The notes under the pieces: model-generated
Database searches by the model: none
Seen by the model: the letters and a program-made list of their open reading frames with translations, nothing else
Told to the model about the DNA's origin: nothing
NCBI GenBank assembly: GCA_044222185.1
Contig: JBGANV010000003.1
Coordinates: forward strand, 608,001-672,000
Source of the DNA: Planctomycetota bacterium
Lineage (GTDB): Bacteria > Planctomycetota > GCA-002687715 > CAIWVZ01
Length of the DNA: 64,000 nucleotides
Reading direction: 5' to 3'
Translations under genes and position numbers: made by a program
Shown: piece by piece, positions 32,243 to 41,276 of the stretch
Layout: each line of letters opens with the position of its first letter
Numbering within the stretch: the stretch's first letter is position 1

Positions 32243-33415
32243 TTAACCTCCGCGCCGTCCATTCGGGCCCCACTTGCGTGTCGGGATGAAGGCTCGGCGC
32301 GGGAAAGAGCGGCCAGGCCGCACCGGGTCGCGGGCGCGGACGATCCGAGCAAGAAGGCGATCGAGGAGCCGGGCAGCGTCTTCGTGGGATCGGGTGAGGA
32401 GCAGGCGAACGACGTAGGCAGCGAACCCAAGACACGCGGATTTCGGCGACAGTGCGGAGTAAGGCACTCCCGTGCTTCGTGCGGCGACCGCCATCGTGGA
32501 GCGAGCGATAGCCACGAACAGAGCGAGCGTCTGGATTTCCTGGTTCACGCCCTCGACGGACTCCGAGTGGAACTGGCCCTGGCCCAAGTACACGCCCTTC
32601 TCGAGCTTGTAGAACGTCTCGATGTTCCAGCGCATCCGATAGAGATTCGCGATATCGGAGCGCGCGATCTCGTCCCTGTCGTGGAACGACGTGAGGAGCA
32701 CGGTGCGCTCGCCCTTCGGAGGGCGGACCATGACCGCTCGCACCCGCATTGGAGCACAGTCGTGCAATGGCCCACGCGGAGGCGCGATCGACAGCAGGCG
32801 ATCCTTCGCACCACTCGCTGCGAAATCGGTCACGGCTTGGAAGGTGCTTTGCGCAGGGACGCGCATCACGAAGTCGATCCCTGCGTCGGCAAGCATGAGC
32901 ATGACTTTGAAGGACGGGTAGCCGCGGTCCAAGACGAGTACGTTGCCGGGTCGCACGCGGCCCAAAAGGTCGTAGAGCTGCGCGCGCTCGGCGTCGTCGA
33001 CCGGCCCGACCACGACGTCGCGCGGCATCTTGCTGACGAGCTTGAAAAGGGTGCTGACGAGCGTCTGTGGGCAGTACGCACCCTTCGGTACCCCGAACTT
33101 CGCCTGCAGTTCGGGCGCGCGCCGCAGGTTCATCTTGGTTCCATCGACAGCAAAGACCCGACGGCCGAACCAACGGTGCTCGGTGCCGAACTCGTCGTCG
33201 AACGCGTCTGCCGCCTGATGGACGAGTCCGCGGACAGCCGCGGCCGGCAGCTTCCGACGGGCCTTGGTGAAGGCGGCAGCGGAGACCGGGGACCTCGTGC
33301 GAAGTTTGAGGCCGAGGGAGGTCGCCTCGTCCCAAAACGCATCGAGCAGATGCCGGTAGCCGGAGCGGTTCCCGTCGGCCACCATGTAGAGGAGGAGCGT
33401 GACGAGCGCCTGCAC
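32243..33415 (-). CDS. IS4-family DDE transposase (5' end disturbed)
   Basis: AFTKARRKL, AVDGT, VLDRGYPS, LYRMRWNIETFYKLEK (YREK motif). The frame stays open upstream through FTRRGPL and the tandem repeat to a TGA at 33616-33614. Confidence 0.9.
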   Translation of the reverse strand: MQALVTLLLYMVADGNRSGYRHLLDAFWDEATSLGLKLRTRSPVSAAAFTKARRKLPAAAVRGLVHQAADAFDDEFGTEHRWFGRRVFAVDGTKMNLRRAPELQAKFGVPKGAYCPQTLVSTLFKLVSKMPRDVVVGPVDDAERAQLYDLLGRVRPGNVLVLDRGYPSFKVMLMLADAGIDFVMRVPAQSTFQAVTDFAASGAKDRLLSIAPPRGPLHDCAPMRVRAVMVRPPKGERTVLLTSFHDRDEIARSDIANLYRMRWNIETFYKLEKGVYLGQGQFHSESVEGVNQEIQTLALFVAIARSTMAVAARSTGVPYSALSPKSACLGFAAYVVRLLLTRSHEDAARLLDRLLARIVRARDPVRPGRSFPRRAFIPTRKWGPNGRRGG

Positions 33416-33453
33416 CCTGAGGGGGCCGCGGCGTGTGAACGCGCCTCGCAGTC

Positions 33454-33540
33454 CGCAGGCATCGCAGGCATCGCAGGCATCGCAGGCATCGCAGGCATCG
33501 CAGGCATCGCAGGCATCGCAGGCATCGCAGGCATCGCAGG
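33454..33540. repeat. 9-bp tandem repeat (CGCAGGCAT) x9 plus a partial unit
   Basis: Directly visible perfect repeat. Confidence 0.97.
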
Positions 33541-33893
33541 ACTTGCGAACGATCCTCGCGCTGGAACGAACGATTCTGCTGAAGAAACTCTTGGTCGGCA
33601 GCGCGAGGCGTCGTCAGCTGTGTCGACGCATGCGCGGACCCTCCGTTTGATTGGGGGTCTAGTGAGCGGGCAAGGCTCACCTGGCATACCGCGCAACGAA
33701 GCTCCGGCCCGTCATGCGCAGCCGCCGCAGCTTCTCGCAGCCAGCGCCAGAATCTTCTTTCACCAGTCGAACCGGACGACCGCTGCGGGGCCGCGCTCGT
33801 TCGCGACGGCGGAACGGTCCGAACCCGCCGAGATCGCCAGCCCCGATCGCGCGGCGAGGCCCCCGCCGCACGCCGCGAAGGTTAACGGCATTG

Positions 33894-34759
33894 CGTAGAG
33901 GGGGCGCCCAATTCCTGAATAAGGAAAAACCCCATGCAGCCTGCATATCGGGTTGTAATTGGCGCCCGCGTAGAGGGGGCGCCCAATCCAGACGAGGAAA
34001 AACCACATGTCAAATCCGTTCGGAGTTGTAATTGGCGCCCGCGTAGAGGGGGCGCCCAATCTGGGCTTCGTGATCTGGTGGATCAAAGGCCAAGTTGTAA
34101 TTGGCGCCCGCGTAGAGGGGGCGCCCAATCCACAAGGAGGTCCCGATATGTCGTCCCAGCTCGTTGTAATTGGCGCCCGCGTAGAGGGGGCGCCCAATGT
34201 TCTTTCTCTTTTTTGAGCACTCCAAGGAGGAGTGTTGTAATTGGCGCCCGCGTAGAGGGGGCGCCCAATAATAGGAGAATCACTTGGCTATTTACGTACC
34301 AAGTTGTAATTGGCGCCCGCGTAGAGGGGGCGCCCAATAAAGAAAGGTCCGACATGCGAGTTTATTGTTTGATCGTTGTAATTGGCGCCCGCGTAGAGGG
34401 GGCGCCCAATAAGGAGACCCGCAATGGGTATCAGTTTCGTCGCAGTTCGTTGTAATTGGCGCCCGCGTAGAGGGGGCGCCCAATCGCTCCACATCGGAGC
34501 CAATGAAACAAAGGAAGTTGTAATTGGCGCCCGCGTAGAGGGGGCGCCCAATTTCAGTTAAGGAAAGAAATAGCCATGGCATATAAGGTTGTAATTGGCG
34601 CCCGCGTAGAGGGGGCGCCCAATTTATGGAGATAGACGACCAAGAACTGCTTTCAGTTGTAATTGGCGCCCGCGTAGAGGGGGCGCCCAATTCGCAGCGG
34701 AGAAATCTCCGATGTTCAAGTTCGTTGTAATTGGCGCCCGCGTAGAGGGGGCGCCCAAT
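33894..34759 (-). CRISPR. CRISPR array: 12 full 36-bp repeats, 1 truncated repeat, 12 spacers of 32-39 bp
   Basis: Plus-strand repeat GTTGTAATTGGCGCCCGCGTAGAGGGGGCGCCCAAT at 33952, 34025, 34094, 34163, 34234, 34303, 34375, 34449, 34517, 34588, 34656, 34724; 19-bp remnant at 33894. Minus orientation is inferred from the repeat ending in ...ATTACAAC after a GC stem-loop and from co-orientation with the cas genes. Confidence 0.98.
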
Positions 34760-35027
34760 GGTCTCCTCGATCGGTTCGAGGAAATCGATGGCGTAACTTG
34801 CTTTGCCGAGGCGTGATAGGTCCCGGAACAGTCTATTCGGATTTCAAATACGGGACGGACCGCACCCTCGCGCACATTGTGCGTTTCCGGCCTGCGTTTG
34901 CCGAGGTCGAGCGCATGTCGCGCTCCCGGCGCTCGTCCGCACAGGCTGGGAGGTCGGATCCGGCGACGCCCCCGATGCCGGGAGACGTCGCGGACATGTG
35001 TCGACGAAGCATAGATCTGCGATCGGA
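34760..35027 (-). promoter_or_regulatory. Probable CRISPR leader
   Basis: Non-coding stretch between the cas2 stop and the first repeat, with AT-richer patches. Confidence 0.6.
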
Positions 35028-35303
35028 TCATTGCAACACCATCACCGCCGGCCAACGATCCGGCGGCTCTTGCCACGATAGGCGACGACGCCGGTCCCGT
35101 TCGTCAATCGGGAATAGCGCGAAGCGATCCTTCGCGGAAAGCCGCGATCCGACGTCGCGCTTGAACTTCGCCATGTCCTCCGGGTCGAGATTGACCTCGA
35201 ATACGGACTCCTGAACCCTGGCGCCGTACCGGAGAAGTACGCGTGCGAGCTTCGCGCGCCGACGGTTGTCGCTGACGTCGTAGGTTGCCACATAAAGGCT
35301 CAT
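35028..35303 (-). CDS. cas2: CRISPR-associated Cas2
   Basis: MSLYVATYDVSDNRRRAKLARVLLRYGARVQESVFE; 91 aa; overlaps the cas1 stop. Confidence 0.96.
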   Translation of the reverse strand: MSLYVATYDVSDNRRRAKLARVLLRYGARVQESVFEVNLDPEDMAKFKRDVGSRLSAKDRFALFPIDERDRRRRLSWQEPPDRWPAVMVLQ

Positions 35304-38173
35304 GGATGTTCGAACGTCCAGAAGACTGGCTCGCGGACGCAGAGGGCGCGGCGGATTGCCCGCGCCATGGCGGTCATGTGGTGCCGGTACGTCCGCGCTT
35401 CGACGCGTTCCTTCGCGCCACACACGATCGCGAACGTCGTCTGCACGTGGAGCATGAATCGCTGGATGGCATCCGGCTTCAGGTGCATGGGGAGTCCAAC
35501 GTCTTGGGTGGCCTGGAAGTCGCGGGGGCGGAGCTCGCGTGCCGCCGTCAGCACGACGCGATCCATCAGATGCCTGAAACACTCCTGGATGTCCGAGGCC
35601 AGGGCGGCGTGTCCGGCATGAGGTCGATGCAGAAGACCGATCGCCGGCGCCAGGCCTTCTTGCTGAAGGACGGCGACCAGCAGCTTGTGCAGCGAGGTTT
35701 GCGCCAAGTTTATCATCGCATTGACGGGATCGTGGGCCGCTGGCGCCTCCCGACGTCGGAACTTGAACCATGCGGGGAGCCGCGTGCCGAAGTCGCTCCA
35801 CCACGCGGCTGCGCCGGACCCTTCGAACCCGAGCAGTTCGTCCAGACTCAGTGCTCCGCTGCATTTTTCGGCCAAGGCCCTGAGTGAAGCCGGCAGGGAC
35901 TTCGAACTCCGGTCGGTCAGCGTGACTTCGGCCAGGCTGGCGCAGTTGCGAAGCTTCGACGCGACGAACAGCTTGGCGCATGCAAGCCGGAACTTCTCGT
36001 CGGCGGCCGTCGCAACCTGTGCGTCGAGGACTTCGGCATCCAAGTCAGTGTCGCGGCCCGTCAGGATCCCCCACGGCGTGCCGGCCGCGGATGAGATGTG
36101 CACGGGAATGTCGCGGGTCAGAAGTCGCGCGACCGCAGATGCTCCGAGAGTGGTCGTCCCCAGTACTACGACTTCGCGGATGCGATCGATCGGCGCGCCA
36201 ACGACGTCGCGCCCACCACGATAGGTACAGACGAGGCGCCCGTTCCGTACGCGCAGCATCGAGGCGCCGGGTCCCACGATCACGGTGGCGCCCTGCGAGA
36301 CCGGCGGTTGCCCAAGCTCGCCGGGAAGGGGCGCGAGATCGGCGGGTGGACCGAAGTCCGGTTTCGCCTCATGCCATCCGAGGTCGTCAATCAACGAAGG
36401 CGTTCCGGTCGGTGACGACCGCCATCTGTCTTTGCGTTCGAAGCGGTACCCAAGGAAAGTGAACGGTTCGACGAGATCGAGTTGCTCGGTCTTGTCTCCG
36501 TTCAACGCGAGTGAGAGGTGAGCCGCGGCTTCGGTCGCGTCGGCAAAAACGGCATCCGCTTCGGCGCGGTCCTTGTAGAGAACGAGGAAATCGTCCGCGT
36601 ATCGCACCAACACGTGAGAGTGATGGGCAATTTCCTCGTCGAATGCGTCAAGGAAGAGGTTGGCGAGCATGGGCGAGACCGGGGCACCCGTCGGCACGCC
36701 GCGATCCGGCGCCGGCGCCCCTATTCGCACCCACTTCATCAGAGCGTCGGTTAGGACCTCATCGGCCACGAAACAGCGGATCTTCGCTTCGAGTACGTCG
36801 TGGGGAATCGAGTCGAAGAAGCGGCGGAAGTCCGCGCGGAGCGCATGCCGGTACCCCCGCTGGTAGAGGACCTGGATGCGGGCCGCAGCTCGCGATCGAC
36901 TCAATCCCCGCCGGTATGCGAACGACGACTCCTCGAAGATGAGATCAAGTGCCGGAGCGAGCCGATCCACGACAAGTCGCTGAAGTGCGCGATCCAAGCG
37001 CGGCGGTATTGCGAGGGTCCGATCGGCCCCGCGCCCCTTCGGGATCTTCATGATGAAAGGCCGGCCGGGCTCGTACTCCCCTCGCGCGAGCGCCAGCGCG
37101 CTGACCTTGACGATCCCGCTTTGCAACTTGAACTCGCTAGCGACACGGTCGAGTCCTGCGGAACCCAGCGACAGGTTCAGGAGGCTTGTCGAGCGTGCGC
37201 ACCGCGTGTCATCGGGCCCCAACTCGGTGATTCTGTATGACCCGAATCCGAAACGGGTGACCTCGCCGACACGTACGTATTGTCCGCGAACGAGGGCGTC
37301 GGCCGCGTGCGGTCCGACGCCGCCGAATCGAATTCGTCCGACCGCTCCGCTGATCTTGTTGGGACCCTCAGTGAACTTGCGTCGACCCTTCGTGCTTGGC
37401 CAGGCGACGTCCAGCCACATCAGCCGGTTTTCGGCGACGAAGAGGCTCGCTGAAGCGCGGGGATCCGCCTCGGGATTGGCGTGCCGCATTCCCAACTCCC
37501 GGAGGCGGTCGAACAGACGCGTGCAGAACACGTCGGGTTCGAACCCGTCACCGTCGAAGTAGTAGTGGTAATCCGCGCGCGTCTTTTCGGTGCGGCGCCA
37601 TTTCAGTGGGGTCAAGAATTCCAGGGTCAGAGTGTCGGCGCCCCGGAGCCGCAGGATTTCGGCCTCGAGCCGGTTTTCAGAGATGGCCTGTGGTGCAGTG
37701 CCCGGTTCCAGCACCTCGCCGGCAACCAGGTCCCGCACCTCAATCACGTCGAAGTTGCCTCCGAGCTTGGGCTGGTCTGTGGGCTGATCAACGCCGAGTC
37801 GGCGGAGTCCCTTGACGAGGCGCCAGACGAGTTCCCCAGCATCCTTGGCGGTCTCACCGAGGTAGCTGAATCCGAATGCGTACTCCTCATCGGGACCGAT
37901 CACCAGGCGACATTGCTCCGGAGCGTCGACCATGATGCCTTCGGGGATCTCTGGCTTGGTTCCAGCGCTCGCCGCGTTCGAGTTCGCCAGCAACGCATAC
38001 ACAACGGGAAGGTGGTGGTAATGAAGCTCAACTCGGCGCGTGACGCGAATCAGGATGCGGATGCGGAAGACGAGCGTCCGGGGACGAGCGCTGCGAGGAG
38101 GGCGGGCATCCTTCTGGTCGGCCGGTCGGACTGCTTGGGTCGAGCCGGCCTGGCTTGGCCGATCAACGTTCAC
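35300..38173 (-). CDS. cas1: Cas6-reverse transcriptase-Cas1 fusion
   Basis: Cas6: LEFLTPL...SGAVG...VGEVTRFGFG G-loop. RT: IPKG, LAIP, SFAYRRG, ADFRRFFDSIPH, GVPTGAPVSPMLANL, YADD. Cas1: FEGSGAAAWW, DPVNAMIN, GLLH, ALASDIQECFR. GTG start at 38173 overlaps the upstream stop. Confidence 0.93.
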   Translation of the reverse strand: MNVDRPSQAGSTQAVRPADQKDARPPRSARPRTLVFRIRILIRVTRRVELHYHHLPVVYALLANSNAASAGTKPEIPEGIMVDAPEQCRLVIGPDEEYAFGFSYLGETAKDAGELVWRLVKGLRRLGVDQPTDQPKLGGNFDVIEVRDLVAGEVLEPGTAPQAISENRLEAEILRLRGADTLTLEFLTPLKWRRTEKTRADYHYYFDGDGFEPDVFCTRLFDRLRELGMRHANPEADPRASASLFVAENRLMWLDVAWPSTKGRRKFTEGPNKISGAVGRIRFGGVGPHAADALVRGQYVRVGEVTRFGFGSYRITELGPDDTRCARSTSLLNLSLGSAGLDRVASEFKLQSGIVKVSALALARGEYEPGRPFIMKIPKGRGADRTLAIPPRLDRALQRLVVDRLAPALDLIFEESSFAYRRGLSRSRAAARIQVLYQRGYRHALRADFRRFFDSIPHDVLEAKIRCFVADEVLTDALMKWVRIGAPAPDRGVPTGAPVSPMLANLFLDAFDEEIAHHSHVLVRYADDFLVLYKDRAEADAVFADATEAAAHLSLALNGDKTEQLDLVEPFTFLGYRFERKDRWRSSPTGTPSLIDDLGWHEAKPDFGPPADLAPLPGELGQPPVSQGATVIVGPGASMLRVRNGRLVCTYRGGRDVVGAPIDRIREVVVLGTTTLGASAVARLLTRDIPVHISSAAGTPWGILTGRDTDLDAEVLDAQVATAADEKFRLACAKLFVASKLRNCASLAEVTLTDRSSKSLPASLRALAEKCSGALSLDELLGFEGSGAAAWWSDFGTRLPAWFKFRRREAPAAHDPVNAMINLAQTSLHKLLVAVLQQEGLAPAIGLLHRPHAGHAALASDIQECFRHLMDRVVLTAARELRPRDFQATQDVGLPMHLKPDAIQRFMLHVQTTFAIVCGAKERVEARTYRHHMTAMARAIRRALCVREPVFWTFEHP

Positions 38174-40803
38174 TTCGGTCCTCTTCGTGGATCCTTTGGC
38201 AGTCGCGACCCGGGCTCCTGGATCTCCCTGACCGGGTCGGGGAGAAGGTGGCCGCCGCTCTTCCTGTTGCTGACGAACCACTGGTAGCGCTCGTGATCCG
38301 GCTTGTTCCCCACTGGATTGGGAGGGTAGTCCGGCTTGGGCTCAGAGCTGACGTCCGCGCACATGAACTTCAACTCGTCGAGCATGGTTTTCACCCACTT
38401 CTCCTTCGTCGCGGCGTCGCCGAGGTGGGAAAGGAAATCCCGAATCGAATCGCTCGCGGTCAAGTTTCGTCGGGCAGGATCGGTCAAGGTCCGGCAACGA
38501 TGGTCCTTGTTCTTGCTCGGTTCGCTCAAGTCATCCACGACCAAGTTGGTCACCGCGATCGTGGCGCAGCCGAGGCCGAGAGGTTTACCGCGTCCCAGGC
38601 CGTGCAACCCCGATGGCGACAGCTTCCCGTCTTCGTCGGGCTCAAGCTGCAGCGTAAGCGATGTCAAAAGCGCCCCAAGCTCGAGCTTGGTGAGGTTGTC
38701 GAAGTCGACGCGGAATGTGAATTGAAGGCCCGAAGGAAGCGGCGTGATGGTCTGGTTCTGCGGCCCTTTTTCCTCATGCCTGGAAACGCGATCGGGTCGA
38801 CGTGACTGGTGAGGTCCAGCCACGCGCCGGTACATCTTCCGTCCGCTGAGCGAGGCTTCCTCGACGCGATAGTGCGGAATCGTTGACGCCCGGGCGTCCT
38901 TGAGTATTGGCGGCCATCGTGTTTCTTTCGCCGTCTCGTACGCAGGTGGCCCGACGGGCCTGAGATAGAACGCCGTCGTGGTCGGTCGCGGCGCGCCAAG
39001 GATCGGCAGAGTCCGCCACGCGATGTGACCGTCAGCCTTTGCCCAATTCGTGCTTCCGCTCGCATTCAGCATTCCGTGACTGAACCGCAGGTGGCCGGCA
39101 CTCGCTTGGCGAGACTTGTCTGAGTCCCCTTCCTGTTTCACCCATCCGAAAACGCGACAGGCCGGACACTGCCTGTCGATCGACCTGCACGGGTGCATTT
39201 CCTTACAGAGCAACTCGCCTCGTGTATTCGGGTAGGCCAGTCGGGGAAGTGCCACTGGGTAGAGACCGACAACTTTGTCACCGCGTAGCAAGGCGTAGAA
39301 CACGCTTCCCCTCTTGGGGAGAGATGGGCCGCTATCCCTACCATCCAAGAAATCGCTCGGGTAAGGAGCGTCAGGCGACGGGCTGAGGACACGAGGTGTC
39401 GGAGGGAGTGACTCGTCATATAGCGCGCGACGATGTCGATCGAAATAGCGGGTGAGTGAGCTTTTCAGGAGTTTGACGACCTCGGCATTTGCGTCGAGCC
39501 TCACCCGTGGTCTGATTGCCGTGACCGATTCAAACCAGAAGCTCTTGAGCCGCTCGTCGAAGTTCTTAAGCGAATCGGGCGCGTTGAACGGTGCCGACGC
39601 ATCGAAGAAGAGGCGCTCGTCGTGCTTCTTTTCAATGTTCGGGCCGGTCCGGTGGAGGTAGCCGAAGACGATCCACTCGTCCGCGTTGCACAGCGGTGGA
39701 GTGATGCTCTGATCACTGTCGGGCAGTGGCATGACTGCGTGTGCCCGTCGGTAGCAATACCGAAGCTTGCCGTCCGCGCCATATCTTCTGTCCGCTGTCC
39801 GTTTGATCGTCGCGACAACCGGCGCACCGTCCGGGATCGTTGGCACGTGCGCGACGATTCCCGTTGCGCTCCCGTTGTGTGCCTGGTGCTTGTGGCCGAC
39901 GCGAACTGCCCCGGCGTAGGCTGGCACGAACGCCGCTCGCAACGTCTGAGGATCATCGCCTTGCGCGCGCCCATCCAACTGTTCAAGGACGATCGAGCCA
40001 TCGTTTATGACGTCCACGACTCGCACGGGGACGTAACTCGGCCTATCGGCACTCTGCGCGCCCCCCCCCCGATGCGCTGGGTCAAAGCCAACCCGGATGT
40101 CCAGCCCGCCGTCATCGAACTGGGAGAAGCATGAGGCCGTGAGCGTCTCGAAAATCGACCGGACCATCCCGCGCAGCGAGGAGGCCGGGACGGCCGGCGT
40201 GGTGCGATCGCGGACGATGTCGTCGAGCGCCCCCGGCCTCCACTCAGGAACGTCATCGAGGGTGAACCACCCGGCGGACTTGTGGCCGTTCGCGCCTTTG
40301 TTCGCCTTCCGGGCGTCGGGGATGAACCACTCGCTCCGCGTCGTGAGGCGGCACTCGACGAAGCCGGTGAGGCGATCGGCGTGAAACCGGTCGTGGCTGG
40401 CTGGCGCGGAGCGCCCAAACAACTCGTCCGTCGCAAGTTGCCCGAGCCCCTCTCGAGGAACGCCGACGAAGTTGTACGCGTGGATGAAGCGGGTCGCGTC
40501 GGGCAACGGAGTCAGCGTCCGAATTGGTCGAGAATCCGCCGGGATTGACGACGGTTCGGCCTCTGCCGGATCAGCCAATCGCTGAACAGCGACCAACGTC
40601 GGTTCGCCGCCTTCGACGTCCACGGTGAACATCGCTTCGAGCATTGGTGGCACTTGGGCGATGAGGTGCGTCGGCACGCAGACCTCCCATTCGTCCGCGT
40701 TGCTCGGAACAGACGTCTGCCCCGCCATCTGCTCGATCACGATTCGGATCGAGCCTCGACCTTGACTGATCCGCTTCACTTTCCCACGAAACGGTTGAGT
40801 CAT
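38170..40803 (-). CDS. cas7: Type III-D Cas7 with large insertion (TIGR03986-like RAMP)
   Basis: HAYNFV, GFVECRLTT, PASSLRGMVRS, long insertion, CPACRVFG, GRKMY, GLGRGKPLGLG. Confidence 0.88.
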   Translation of the reverse strand: MTQPFRGKVKRISQGRGSIRIVIEQMAGQTSVPSNADEWEVCVPTHLIAQVPPMLEAMFTVDVEGGEPTLVAVQRLADPAEAEPSSIPADSRPIRTLTPLPDATRFIHAYNFVGVPREGLGQLATDELFGRSAPASHDRFHADRLTGFVECRLTTRSEWFIPDARKANKGANGHKSAGWFTLDDVPEWRPGALDDIVRDRTTPAVPASSLRGMVRSIFETLTASCFSQFDDGGLDIRVGFDPAHRGGGAQSADRPSYVPVRVVDVINDGSIVLEQLDGRAQGDDPQTLRAAFVPAYAGAVRVGHKHQAHNGSATGIVAHVPTIPDGAPVVATIKRTADRRYGADGKLRYCYRRAHAVMPLPDSDQSITPPLCNADEWIVFGYLHRTGPNIEKKHDERLFFDASAPFNAPDSLKNFDERLKSFWFESVTAIRPRVRLDANAEVVKLLKSSLTRYFDRHRRALYDESLPPTPRVLSPSPDAPYPSDFLDGRDSGPSLPKRGSVFYALLRGDKVVGLYPVALPRLAYPNTRGELLCKEMHPCRSIDRQCPACRVFGWVKQEGDSDKSRQASAGHLRFSHGMLNASGSTNWAKADGHIAWRTLPILGAPRPTTTAFYLRPVGPPAYETAKETRWPPILKDARASTIPHYRVEEASLSGRKMYRRVAGPHQSRRPDRVSRHEEKGPQNQTITPLPSGLQFTFRVDFDNLTKLELGALLTSLTLQLEPDEDGKLSPSGLHGLGRGKPLGLGCATIAVTNLVVDDLSEPSKNKDHRCRTLTDPARRNLTASDSIRDFLSHLGDAATKEKWVKTMLDELKFMCADVSSEPKPDYPPNPVGNKPDHERYQWFVSNRKSGGHLLPDPVREIQEPGSRLPKDPRRGPK

Positions 40804-41276
40804 GATCCACCTTCCTCGACTCCACGCCTCCCTGCCCGGTTCAGTGTGACCCATCGGACCAACGCACCACCGTCAGCCGGATGAACCCGGACGGTCAACG
40901 TGGCCGCGCCCTCGCAACCAGCGCGTTTCGTCGCCCACTCCTTTGCGATCGAGATGTGCTGCACTTCGCCATCGCTCAGGCTGATTGCCGGGACGGAGGA
41001 TTGCGACCCGTCAACGCCGATGACCCGCACGAGCCAGGCGTCTGACGTGTCCTCAAACGATCGGCGACGGGCGAAGACCTCGACATCCGGCCCGAAGGCG
41101 CGAACCAACCAGAGACTCTCCAATGACGCGAGACCTGGGTCGGCCAAGGCGAGGAACCCGGACGACAGCGGGCCTTCGATAAAGGCATCCGTGCACGCCG
41201 TTCTCACGGACGTCAGCACCGCAACAAGGGCGGTATCGTGCATGCGTGCGGCCCAACATGATCTCGTGGCGCTCAT
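40800..41276 (-). CDS. csx19: Csx19-like type III-D subunit
   Basis: About 158 aa, between cas7-cas7 and cas7-insertion with 4-bp overlaps on both sides; LWLVRAFGPDVEVFARR. Call rests mostly on position. Confidence 0.65.
   Translation of the reverse strand: MSATRSCWAARMHDTALVAVLTSVRTACTDAFIEGPLSSGFLALADPGLASLESLWLVRAFGPDVEVFARRRSFEDTSDAWLVRVIGVDGSQSSVPAISLSDGEVQHISIAKEWATKRAGCEGAATLTVRVHPADGGALVRWVTLNRAGRRGVEEGGS

Larger units (their letters stand above)
32235..33893 (-). mobile_element. IS4-family insertion sequence
   Basis: 24-bp terminal inverted repeats matching at 21/24 (TAATGCCGTTAACCTCCGCGCCGT at 32235; reverse complement of 33870-33893 is CAATGCCGTTAACCTTCGCGGCGT), enclosing a DDE transposase. 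No target-site duplication seen. Confidence 0.9.

Noticed and set aside
33454-33540. 9-bp repeat as a second CRISPR or iteron set
   Set aside because: No spacers; it is a simple tandem repeat inside the IS.
33934-34455. 173-aa ORF and other small ORFs running through the array from spacer-borne RBS+ATG
   Set aside because: A by-product of a 36-bp repeat with two stop-free frames plus captured start sites. It is antisense to the inferred array transcript and no promoter evidence was seen.
33913-34723. Self-targeting of gene starts within this window
   Set aside because: The N-termini encoded by the spacers (MQPAYR, MSNPFG, MSSQL, MRVYCLI, MGISFV, MAYK, MFKF and others) match no gene start called here. 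The rest of the genome was not available to check.
36400-37100. RT as a group II intron, retron or DGR
   Set aside because: It is fused in frame between Cas6 and Cas1. No maturase/endonuclease domain, msr-msd or TR/VR pair was seen.
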